Made by a program: the position numbers and the translations under genes
Shown: positions 56,443-64,000 of the stretch, piece by piece
How the letters are laid out: each line of letters begins with the position of its first letter
How positions within the stretch are numbered: position 1 is the first letter of the stretch
NCBI GenBank assembly: GCA_015523335.1
Contig: WAKM01000012.1
Coordinates: forward strand, 1,714-65,713
DNA length: 64,000 nt
Reading direction: 5' to 3'
Source: Archaeoglobaceae archaeon
GTDB lineage: Archaea; Halobacteriota; Archaeoglobi; Archaeoglobales; Archaeoglobaceae
The notes under the pieces: generated by a model
What the model was told of the DNA's origin: nothing
Databases searched by the model: none
What the model saw: only the letters and a program-made list of their open reading frames with translations

Positions 56443-57169
56443 CCACGATCTCCTTAATTCCCTCATACTGTCCCGTAAGCTTAAGAAAAACGTCCTCCAA
56501 AGACCCTTCGACACTTGCAAGCTCCTTAAGCTCTTCTATCGTCCCTTCGGCGATTATCCTACCTTTATTTATAACCGCAATTCTGTCGCACAGGCTTTCG
56601 GCTATTTCCATTATGTGCGTGGAAAATAAAACGGCCCCGCTCTTCTCAACATGCCTCTGCATCAGCTCCTTTAGAATCCTCGAAGATCTGGCATCCAAAC
56701 CGTTCAGCGGTTCATCCAAAATGAGAAGGGGAGGATCGTGAATGAGAGCGGAGATAACGGAAACCTTCTGCTTGGTTCCCATGGAAAGAGTGGCAATGGG
56801 TCTGTTCACGAACCTTTCGATACCGAATGCCCTTATCAAGGTCTTAACCTTTTCAACATTTCCAATCCTTCTGACAGATGCCACGAACTCGAAGAACTCG
56901 AGCGGTGTTAGAGATTCGAGAAGCATGAACTCTTCAGGCACGTAGCCTATGAGATTCTTCGTTTCGATGCCTACGGGCTTCCCCAAAACCTCGATTTTGC
57001 CCTCGAAATCTACGAGTCCAACTATTGCTTTTATCGTAGAGCTCTTACCAGCACCGTTCGGTCCGAGTAAGCCGAATATTTCCCCCTCATCAACTCTGAA
57101 AGATACATGATCGACAGCAACTGTATTGCCGTAGCGAACGACGAGATCTTCGACGGTCAATACGGACAT
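56429..57169 (-). CDS. ABC transporter ATP-binding protein
   Basis: Walker A GPNGAGKSS, signature LSMGTKQKV and Walker B LILDEPLNGLD. Confidence 0.9.
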   Translation of the reverse strand: MSVLTVEDLVVRYGNTVAVDHVSFRVDEGEIFGLLGPNGAGKSSTIKAIVGLVDFEGKIEVLGKPVGIETKNLIGYVPEEFMLLESLTPLEFFEFVASVRRIGNVEKVKTLIRAFGIERFVNRPIATLSMGTKQKVSVISALIHDPPLLILDEPLNGLDARSSRILKELMQRHVEKSGAVLFSTHIMEIAESLCDRIAVINKGRIIAEGTIEELKELASVEGSLEDVFLKLTGQYEGIKEIVDAIS

Positions 57170-57201
57170 TGATCTTAAAAAGTTTAAAATTTATAAAAAT
57201 C

Positions 57202-57729
57202 TTACCACTTCTCCCAATGCGTTAGGTATTCTATCGGATACCTCTGCCTCGGCTTCGGGAGCTCATCCGGATATCCTATCGGAATTATCGCCATGGGTCT
57301 CGCGTAAGCTGGGATGTCCAAGATGTCGGAAACTTCGGCTTCATCGAAGGCACCAACCCAAACCGCTCCCAATCCGAGCATGTGGACAGCTAAAAGTATG
57401 TTCTCTATCGCAGCCGTGGCATCTTGCTCCGCGTAAAGCCTCCCCCTGTCTCCGTAAACCCTCATTGAGCGGGGATAATTTGCACAGACAACTACAACTA
57501 CTGGCGCTTCAGCTATAAACATCTGATTTAAAGAAGCCTTAGCGAGCTTGAGCTTTGTAACGGGGTTCTTAACTACTATGAAATCCCTTGCCTGCAAATT
57601 GCCGGCTGAGGGTGCTGCGTTTCCGGCTTCAAGAACCCTTTTAATAATCTCATCCGGAACCTGCTTCGGCTTGAATCTCCTTATGGATACCCTCGTAAAT
57701 ATGGCTTCGAGGCAATTCTCGTATGTCAT
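57202..57729 (-). CDS. Nitroreductase-family flavoprotein
   Basis: RVSIRRF, the [10 protein letters not shown] motif and 175 aa. Confidence 0.85.
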   Translation of the reverse strand: MTYENCLEAIFTRVSIRRFKPKQVPDEIIKRVLEAGNAAPSAGNLQARDFIVVKNPVTKLKLAKASLNQMFIAEAPVVVVVCANYPRSMRVYGDRGRLYAEQDATAAIENILLAVHMLGLGAVWVGAFDEAEVSDILDIPAYARPMAIIPIGYPDELPKPRQRYPIEYLTHWEKW

Positions 57730-57780
57730 GGGTTAAGCTTGCTCTTCGCGATTAAATAATTTTCAAAAGTGGAATGGAAA

Positions 57781-57788
57781 ATTTTAAA
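57781..57788 (+). promoter_or_regulatory. TATA box (ATTTTAAA) for thrS
   Basis: Centred ~27 nt upstream of ATG 57812, the leaderless geometry. Confidence 0.45.
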
Positions 57789-57811
57789 GTCCTTTCGATT
57801 TGCCTACGTTC

Positions 57812-59692
57812 ATGAAACTTCTGCTCATCCATGCCGATTACATCGAATACGAGCCGAAAAAGAAGACCAAGATCGCAGAACCTTTTGGGGGGAAGGGAGA
57901 GCGAGTCGAGGAGGCTTTGGTCGTGTTCACCGCCGTTGAGAAGGGAGACAACGAATTAGTTGTAGATAAAGCCGTTAAGGAAGTTGCGGATGTAGCCAAG
58001 AAGGTTGGAGCTGAAAGGATAGTCGTTTATCCTTACGCTCACCTCTCATCGGATTTAGCCGATCCGGATACCGGAATTAGGATTCTCAAGCTTTTGGCTG
58101 AGAAGCTTTCGAAGGATTTTGAAGTTCATAGAGCCCCGTTTGGCTGGTATAAGTCTTTCAAGATATCTTGCAAAGGACATCCCTTAAGCGAGCTTTCGAG
58201 GGAGATAAGGGCTGAAGAGGTTAAAGCGGAAGTGGAGGAAGAAAAGGAGATAACGGAGGCTTTAAGGGCTGAGGAGAAGGTTAAAAGCTATTGGTATATT
58301 CTTACGCCGGAGAAGGAGCTAATAGAGATAGAAAAGTTCGACTTTACCGGCTACGAAAACCTCAGAAAGTTTGCGAACTATGAAATAGCGAAGAGGAGGG
58401 CTGTGGATAAGATTCCGCCGCACGTGGAATTAATGCGAAGGTTGCAGATCGCAGATTACGAGCCGGCATCTGATTCCGGACATCTGAGATATTATCCCAA
58501 GGGGAGGCTGATTAAGAGTCTTCTCGAGGAGTTCGTTACGCTGAAGTGCATCGAATACGGAGCGATGGAAGTTGAGACGCCGATAATGTTTGACAGAAGT
58601 CATCCAACGCTTAGGAGATATTTGGAAAGATTCCCGGCGAGGCAATACATACTCAAGGGTGATAAAAGGGAGTTCTTCCTTAGATTTGCGGCGTGCTTCG
58701 GACAGTTCTTGATAGCCCACGATTCCGTTATCACATACAAGAACCTTCCGGTCAGACTATACGAATTAACGAGATACTCCTTCAGAAAGGAGCAGAGGGG
58801 TGAATTGGTCGGTTTGAGAAGGCTAAGGGCTTTCACGATGCCCGATATGCATACGATAGTTAAAGATATGAAGCAGGCTAAGGAAGAATTTTTTAGACAA
58901 TACAAGTTGGCCGTGGAAGTTCTGAGGGAGATAGGACTCGAACCGGAAGATTACGAGGTGGCTATTAGGGTTACGAGGGATTTCTACGAGGAGAACAAGG
59001 AATTCGTTCATTCGCTTGTCGACATTCTTAAGAAACCGATACTCGTGGAGATGTGGGATCAGAGGTTCTTCTACTTCGTGCTAAAGTTCGAGTTCAACTT
59101 CGTCGACGCTTTGGATAAGGCTTCAGCGCTTTCGACCGTTCAGATAGATGTTGAGAATGCCGAAAGATACGACATCAGATACGTGGATGAAAAGGGAGAA
59201 AAGAAAAGACCTATAATTCTGCACTGCTCCGCGAGCGGGGCTATAGAGAGATGCATATACGCTTTGCTTGAGAAGGCTCACATGCAGGCTGAAAAGGGAA
59301 TTCTGCCGATGCTTCCGGTGTGGCTTTCCCCGACTCAAGTTAGGGTTATTCCGGTTTCCGAGAGGTATCTTGATAAGGCTATTGAAATTGCCGAAGAACT
59401 GAGAAAACGTAAGATTAGGGTTGACGTTGACGACAGGGACGAAACATTGGCTAAGAAGATAAGAGAAGCTGGAAGAGAGTGGATTCCGTATGTGGCTGTT
59501 GTGGGAGAAGAAGAAATCAGGGGAGGATTTTTGACCGTCACGATCCGAGCGGAATCGACGCTTAAAGAGCAGAGGAAGGTTAGGATGAGCGTCGACGAAC
59601 TGGTGGAGAGGATAAGAAGGGAGTGTGAAGGGAAGCCGTTTAAACCCCTACCCTTGCCTATGTTGCTATCTCAAAGACCTTCGTTCAGATGA
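57812..59692 (+). CDS. thrS: Threonyl-tRNA synthetase, archaeal type with an N-terminal DTD-like editing domain
   Basis: [16 protein letters not shown] editing-domain N-terminus, a class II catalytic core and a C-terminal anticodon-binding domain. The ORF-track TTG 57800 is less likely. Confidence 0.92.
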   Translation: MKLLLIHADYIEYEPKKKTKIAEPFGGKGERVEEALVVFTAVEKGDNELVVDKAVKEVADVAKKVGAERIVVYPYAHLSSDLADPDTGIRILKLLAEKLSKDFEVHRAPFGWYKSFKISCKGHPLSELSREIRAEEVKAEVEEEKEITEALRAEEKVKSYWYILTPEKELIEIEKFDFTGYENLRKFANYEIAKRRAVDKIPPHVELMRRLQIADYEPASDSGHLRYYPKGRLIKSLLEEFVTLKCIEYGAMEVETPIMFDRSHPTLRRYLERFPARQYILKGDKREFFLRFAACFGQFLIAHDSVITYKNLPVRLYELTRYSFRKEQRGELVGLRRLRAFTMPDMHTIVKDMKQAKEEFFRQYKLAVEVLREIGLEPEDYEVAIRVTRDFYEENKEFVHSLVDILKKPILVEMWDQRFFYFVLKFEFNFVDALDKASALSTVQIDVENAERYDIRYVDEKGEKKRPIILHCSASGAIERCIYALLEKAHMQAEKGILPMLPVWLSPTQVRVIPVSERYLDKAIEIAEELRKRKIRVDVDDRDETLAKKIREAGREWIPYVAVVGEEEIRGGFLTVTIRAESTLKEQRKVRMSVDELVERIRRECEGKPFKPLPLPMLLSQRPSFR

Positions 59693-59701
59693 GGTGGTAA
59701 G

Positions 59702-59965
59702 ATGGACGAATACAGGGAGAGTTTGATAAAGACGTTCGTTCCGATAGTGTTGGGTTGCATAGCGGGTGTGATCTCATACGTCATCACGGATGGAATCAGA
59801 TCGAGGGATCCCCTCGGAATAATCGTCTTGGTGTTCTCGATATACGTAAACAAGTTTCTGTTACCTAAGCTCGGCGTGAGTTTGGAGGGGAAGGACTGGG
59901 CCGGAATCACATTTATGGCTTTCGCGAGTTGGTATATAGTTTGGACGTTTTTGCTTAACATTTGA
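59702..59965 (+). CDS. Small membrane protein (3 predicted TM)
   Basis: 87 aa with three hydrophobic segments. Starts 9 nt after the thrS stop. Confidence 0.5.
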   Translation: MDEYRESLIKTFVPIVLGCIAGVISYVITDGIRSRDPLGIIVLVFSIYVNKFLLPKLGVSLEGKDWAGITFMAFASWYIVWTFLLNI

Positions 59966-59999
59966 AAAAAATTTTATTCCGAATATTATATTCCCCTTT

Positions 60000-60983
60000 A
60001 TGGATAGGTTAACAGCGATACTGATAACGTTTTTGGTTGGAATCTTTGGCGTGGCTGTCGCAATAGCCCATTTCTTCGGATTACTGTTTTTGATCAGATT
60101 GATCTTAGGTTTGTGCTTCTTAGGACTTGCAATGATCTTTGCGGTGATGCTGGGGATTCTTGTTTATGCAAAATCATTCAAATACGCACTGCTTTCGGCG
60201 TTAGGATTAGTTTCATCGGCATACGCTGTCTATCAGTGCTACACATGGAGAAACCCCATACATGTTTTGTATATAATAGTAGCATACGTGATCGTGCTTA
60301 TTTTCGGAGTCTGGTGGATTTCGGAGCCGGATCTGAGCGTAATTGAGAGACTGAAGAGTGCCACCTCCCTTGAAAGATCAGGGAATTACAGAGCGGCTGC
60401 GAGGAAGTTCGAGAAAAAGGGTGATTACGTTAAAGCTGCGGAGTGCTATTTGAAAGCTGGGATGATCGAATCCGCCGCATGGTGCTACGAAAAGGCTGAG
60501 GATTACGCAAAAGCCGCCGAACTCTACGAAAGGATAGCCAAAGAAAGGGGAGAATCATACTACTGGAAGGAAGCATACGAATTCTGGAAGAAAGCCGGTA
60601 ATAAGGTTAGAGCGGCTAAGTGTTTGGAGGAATACGCGAAGGAGGAGCCGTGGTTCTGGGAGGACGTTGCAAAGCTTTATGAAGAGGCTGGGAAGAGGGA
60701 AGATGCCGAAAGAGCTTGGAAGAAAGCTTTGGAGTATTATTTAAAGGAAGCCGAAGAGGAAGGAGTATTTTGGGAGGACGTCGCAAAGATCTACGAGATA
60801 TTGGGAGAAAAGGAGAAGGCTAAGGAAGCTTGGATGAAATACGCCGAATACTGCGAGAGAGAGGCTGAGAAGGATCCGGCTTGGTGGAAGCACGTAGCCG
60901 AAGCTTACGAGAAATTGGGTGATAGGCAGAAGGCTGAAGAGGCTAAGAAAAGGTATGAAGAGCATAAGAAATCGAAAGCATAA
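60000..60983 (+). CDS. Membrane-anchored protein with a cytoplasmic array of TPR/Sel1-like helical repeats
   Basis: ~4 N-terminal TM segments, then K/E/A/W/Y-rich repeats (AA.CY.KAG, WEDVAK.YE..G). Confidence 0.6.
   Translation: MDRLTAILITFLVGIFGVAVAIAHFFGLLFLIRLILGLCFLGLAMIFAVMLGILVYAKSFKYALLSALGLVSSAYAVYQCYTWRNPIHVLYIIVAYVIVLIFGVWWISEPDLSVIERLKSATSLERSGNYRAAARKFEKKGDYVKAAECYLKAGMIESAAWCYEKAEDYAKAAELYERIAKERGESYYWKEAYEFWKKAGNKVRAAKCLEEYAKEEPWFWEDVAKLYEEAGKREDAERAWKKALEYYLKEAEEEGVFWEDVAKIYEILGEKEKAKEAWMKYAEYCEREAEKDPAWWKHVAEAYEKLGDRQKAEEAKKRYEEHKKSKA
60657..60983 (+). repeat. Three in-frame tandem 114-bp (38-codon) repeats within the CDS
   Basis: TGGGAGGACGT(T/C)GCAAAG recurs at 60657 and 60771. 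A diverged third unit (TGGAAGCACGTAGCCGAAGC) begins at 60885, exactly 114 bp later. Confidence 0.6.
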
Positions 60984-61148
60984 TATCTGTATATTTTAAT
61001 TATAAAAACTTATAAAATCAAATTTTAATCAATAATCAAATTTTTAGTATAAAAAGATATAGCTCTAATAGCTTTGATTTTGTTTGGGATCAGTTTAACC
61101 ATTCAATTTCACCAATCTCAAGCCAAAGTTGAATGTTCTTCCGTCGCT

Positions 61149-61166
61149 CAATAAACTTTAATTTTT
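61149..61166 (+). promoter_or_regulatory. TATA-like box (AATAAACTTTAATTTTTT) for the CDF gene
   Basis: Centred ~26-28 nt upstream of ATG 61186. Confidence 0.35.
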
Positions 61167-61185
61167 TGTGACGAAATCGTAGTTA

Positions 61186-62343
61186 ATGGATGAAGCGATA
61201 AAAGCCGGAAAGATATCCGTAATCGCAAACGTCATTCTAACGATAGCCAAGGGAATCGCCGGAATCCTATCAGGTAGCACCGCTCTTATAGCGGATGCTC
61301 TTCATTCTCTCGTTGACGTTCTCGGCTCCGCTCTGGTTTGGATCGGAATTAAGATCGCACAAAAACCGCCAGATGAGTCCCATCCATACGGTCACTTCAA
61401 AGCGGAAAGCCTCGCGGAGCTCGGGGTGGGTTTGATAATCGTCTTTACGTCCCTCTCAATTTTGGTTGAAGCCGTGAACAACCTGATAGCGGGCGTCAAA
61501 CCGAGCTTCGAACTATACGCCTTAGCAGTTGCGTTGGCGTCTGCGGTGGTGAACGAAGCCCTCGCGAGGTATAAGATATCAGTCGGAATAAGGACGAAAT
61601 CATCATCTCTCATCGCCGAAGGTAAGCATTCGAGAACGGACGTTATCTCAAGCCTGTCGGTTGTCTTGGGATTCGTGTTAGTTTACTTCGGATACTGGTG
61701 GGCTGACGCCGTCGTTGCTATTGCCATATCGATTCTGATCCTTCAGACGGGTAGCGAGATCCTGAAAAATGCCGTAGACGTTCTGATGGACAAGGTGGAT
61801 GAGGAGCTCTCCGTAAGAATCAAAAGGTTGGTTGAAAGTATAGAGGGCATCAAGTCGGTCGATTTCGTCGCGGTTAGAGGAACATGGAGGAGCAAGATAG
61901 TCGAAGTCCACTTCACCGTAAGCTCCGAAGTTGAAGCAGATCAGATAAACGAGATAATCGGTAGAATCGAGCGACTGAAGGATAGTTTTCCCGAAATCGT
62001 TAAAATAATTCCGGTCGTCAAGATTTCAAAGGAGATAAGGAGAATAGCCGTTCCGGTGGATGAAGAAGACAATTACGTAGGAGATCTAAATGCAAGGTTC
62101 TTTAAGATCGTGGACGTGAGAAGCGGAAGGTCTTGGAAAATTCGGAACGATTTCTGGAACGCTCAGAAGATGAAAGGCTATCTGATAGCTGAACTGCTGA
62201 GCAAGAATAAGGTCGATGCGATCGCGGTTAAAAAAATCGGTGTGGGGGCGAAGAACCACCTGAAAAGCAAGGGGATTACAATAAAGCTTGTAGATAAATT
62301 AGACAGCTTAGATGACGTGATAACACGAATCAAAAGCGAATAA
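61186..62343 (+). CDS. Cation diffusion facilitator transporter fused to a C-terminal NifX/NifB-C-like (Nitro_FeMo-Co) domain
   Basis: Six TM segments with HSLVD (TM2) and HSRTD (TM5) metal-site motifs, plus the usual cytoplasmic CTD. An extra ~100 aa (RRIAVPVDEED...FFKIVDV...VDAIAVKKIGVGAKNHLKSKGITI) resemble the small NifX/MTH1175-type domain. Confidence 0.8.
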   Translation: MDEAIKAGKISVIANVILTIAKGIAGILSGSTALIADALHSLVDVLGSALVWIGIKIAQKPPDESHPYGHFKAESLAELGVGLIIVFTSLSILVEAVNNLIAGVKPSFELYALAVALASAVVNEALARYKISVGIRTKSSSLIAEGKHSRTDVISSLSVVLGFVLVYFGYWWADAVVAIAISILILQTGSEILKNAVDVLMDKVDEELSVRIKRLVESIEGIKSVDFVAVRGTWRSKIVEVHFTVSSEVEADQINEIIGRIERLKDSFPEIVKIIPVVKISKEIRRIAVPVDEEDNYVGDLNARFFKIVDVRSGRSWKIRNDFWNAQKMKGYLIAELLSKNKVDAIAVKKIGVGAKNHLKSKGITIKLVDKLDSLDDVITRIKSE

Positions 62344-62355
62344 TAGAAAGCAAAA

Positions 62356-62676
62356 TTAACTCTCCAAAACGATCTCGATGTTCACGTCCTTTGGCACCTG
62401 AATCCTCATGATCTGCCTCAAAGCTCTTTCATCAGCTGCGATGTCTATTAGTCTCTTGTGAATTCTGAGCTCCCAGTGGTCGTAAGTTTCACTGCCCTCC
62501 CCGTCTGGAGCCTTCCTAACGGGAACCACGAGTCGCCTCGTTGGCAACGGGATCGGTCCGCTGATCTCGACACCCGTCTTCAATGCGATCTCCTTGATCT
62601 GGTTGCAAATTCTATCCAAATCCTTCGGATTCAATCCGGAAAGCCTAATTCTCGCCTTCGGACCTTTAATTGCCAT
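62356..62676 (-). CDS. rps10: 30S ribosomal protein uS10
   Basis: ARIRLSG...ISGPIPLPT signature. Directly downstream of tuf, as in archaeal str-type operons. Confidence 0.95.
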   Translation of the reverse strand: MAIKGPKARIRLSGLNPKDLDRICNQIKEIALKTGVEISGPIPLPTRRLVVPVRKAPDGEGSETYDHWELRIHKRLIDIAADERALRQIMRIQVPKDVNIEIVLES

Positions 62677-62708
62677 AACAAACCACCCAAAATAAAAAAT
62701 GGGGAAAA

Positions 62709-63980
62709 TTACTTCCTCGGTGTTACGTCGATAACCATTCCAGCGGCGATCGTCATACCCATGTCTCTGACGGCGAATCTTCCGAGCGGTGGGATGTCTT
62801 TGACCTTCTCGATGACCATCGGTCTCGTCGGCTCAAGCTTGACGATCGCCGAGTCACCGGTCTTGAGATACTGCGGGTTCTCCTCTTTCACTTGTCCAGT
62901 TCTCGGGTCGATCTTCTTGATGAGCTCGACGAATCTGCAAGCAACCTGAGCTGTGTGAGCGTGAACTACCGGCGTATAGCCGACTGTGATGGCAGTGGGG
63001 TGTTGCAAGACGATGATCTGAGCCGTGAAGTCCTTCGCAACCGTCGGCGGGTTGTCTGGATGTCCGGCAACGTCTCCTCTCCTGATATCCTTCTTGCTGA
63101 CGCCTCTAACGTTGAAACCGATGTTGTCTCCCGGATAAGCCTCCTTAAGTGGCTCGTGGTGCATCTCAATGCTCTTTACCTCACCGACCACTCCCGGCGG
63201 CTCGAATATTACCTTGTCACCGACCTTAAGCACACCGCTCTCAACTCTGCCAACCGGAACGGTTCCGACACCCTTGATCGAGTAGACATCCTGAATCGGT
63301 ATTCTGAGCGGCTTGTCTACGAGCTTCTCCGGTGGCTTGAGCAAGTCGAAAGCTTCGAAGACCGTTGGACCGTTATACCATGGAGTCTTGTCGCTCCTCT
63401 TGAGCACGTTGTCACCGTAGTAAGCCGATGCCGGAATGAACGGGATCTCGTCGACCTTGTAACCTACAGCCTTGAGCAACTTGGCTACCTGATTCTTAAC
63501 TTCCTCATACTTCTTCTGGTCGTAGTTTACCCTGTCCATCTTGTTGATTACTACGATCATCTGGTTGATACCCAGCGTTCTCGCAAGGAAGACGTGCTCC
63601 TTCGTCTGCGGCTGAACACCCTCAGCAACGTCAACTACGAGAATCGCGGCATCCGCTTGGCTCGCTCCCGTGATCATGTTCTTGATGAAGTCCCTGTGTC
63701 CAGGGCAGTCCACAATTGTTATCATGTATTTGTTCGTCTCGATCTTCCTGTGAGCTACGTCGATCGTAACTCCTCTCTCTCTTTCTTCCTTAAGCCTGTC
63801 CATTACCCAAGCGAACTCGAATGTAGCTTTACCTTTCTCCTGAGCCTCCTTCTTGTATTGCTCGATGATATGCTCTGGGATCTGTCCAGCCTCATACAGC
63901 ATCCTTCCGATCAGTGTGCTCTTTCCGTGGTCTACATGCCCTATAACCGCAACGTTAATGTGCTCCTTCTCCTTCGGCAT
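62709..63980 (-). CDS. tuf: Translation elongation factor EF-1 alpha
   Basis: [17 protein letters not shown] and NKMD GTPase motifs. 423 aa. GAGGTGGTG upstream of the ATG. Confidence 0.97.
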   Translation of the reverse strand: MPKEKEHINVAVIGHVDHGKSTLIGRMLYEAGQIPEHIIEQYKKEAQEKGKATFEFAWVMDRLKEERERGVTIDVAHRKIETNKYMITIVDCPGHRDFIKNMITGASQADAAILVVDVAEGVQPQTKEHVFLARTLGINQMIVVINKMDRVNYDQKKYEEVKNQVAKLLKAVGYKVDEIPFIPASAYYGDNVLKRSDKTPWYNGPTVFEAFDLLKPPEKLVDKPLRIPIQDVYSIKGVGTVPVGRVESGVLKVGDKVIFEPPGVVGEVKSIEMHHEPLKEAYPGDNIGFNVRGVSKKDIRRGDVAGHPDNPPTVAKDFTAQIIVLQHPTAITVGYTPVVHAHTAQVACRFVELIKKIDPRTGQVKEENPQYLKTGDSAIVKLEPTRPMVIEKVKDIPPLGRFAVRDMGMTIAAGMVIDVTPRK

Positions 63981-64000
63981 TTACACCACCTCAAAGGTTT

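Noticed and set aside
56443-56520. Upstream start of the 512-aa membrane ORF overlapping the ABC ATPase gene by 92 nt
   Set aside because: An overlap this long is unlikely. The internal ATG 56442 gives a 14-nt overlap typical of this operon style. Only the start choice is uncertain, not the gene.
60657-60983. Regularly spaced 114-bp DNA repeats (CRISPR-like periodicity?)
   Set aside because: The repeats are in-frame protein-coding units of a TPR-like array, with diverged copies and no spacer/repeat alternation or leader. Not a CRISPR array.
60984-61100. AT-rich block as a possible replication origin (DUE)
   Set aside because: I recognised no ORB/mini-ORB-like repeats, and no orc1/cdc6 gene is nearby. 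The AT-richness is explained by terminator/promoter elements.

Overview
Very gene-dense, mobile-element-free chromosomal segment of an archaeon. Archaeal markers are EF-1alpha/uS10, Cbf5, Pus10, ArcTGT/ArcS, CDP-archaeol synthase, G1P dehydrogenase and the methanopterin enzyme MptA. With the E/K/I/V-rich protein composition, this looks like a hyperthermophilic euryarchaeon, most consistent with Archaeoglobales; that is an inference, no search was run. Content, left to right: (1) a ~9.7 kb anaerobic cobalamin operon, cbiMNQO-cbiT-L-F-G-H-C-D-E-cbiX-cobQ. (2) An HTH-CBS regulator, pyrE, and a divergent carS / Tes-like radical SAM lipid pair. (3) A Memo-TPR pair and queC-queE-queD (preQ0). (4) A minus-strand run of hypothetical, permease, pus10, phosphodiesterase and regulator genes. 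(5) ArsR, lysC and a sugar nucleotidyltransferase. (6) A translationally coupled TIM-barrel + Hef-like SF2 helicase pair. (7) nmd3-htpX-egsA, then cbf5 followed by a GT2 and an MprF-like membrane protein. (8) CYTH, purE and a NatAB-like ABC system with a protease-like fusion. (9) mptA, ilvD, Yip1, Usp, a THUMP methyltransferase, a polyprenyl synthase and ppsA. (10) A second GT2 + lipoprotein, Mrp, PHP and leuC. (11) arcS-tgtA, a second ABC system, a nitroreductase and thrS. (12) A membrane-anchored tandem-repeat protein, a CDF-NifX-like fusion transporter, rps10 and tuf. I recognised no rRNA, tRNA, CRISPR array, transposase or integrase. First genes of transcription units repeatedly carry a TTTATATA-like box centred ~27 nt upstream of the start codon (leaderless pattern), whereas internal operon genes use GGAGG-type sites and 4-nt overlaps. 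The best candidates for undescribed biology are the TIM-barrel/Hef-like helicase module, the ABC-2 permease fused to a PrsW/CPBP-like domain, an unannotated 36-codon membrane micro-ORF wedged between cbiN and cbiQ, and the CDF-NifX-like fusion. All functional calls rest on motif and architecture recognition by eye, not on database searches.
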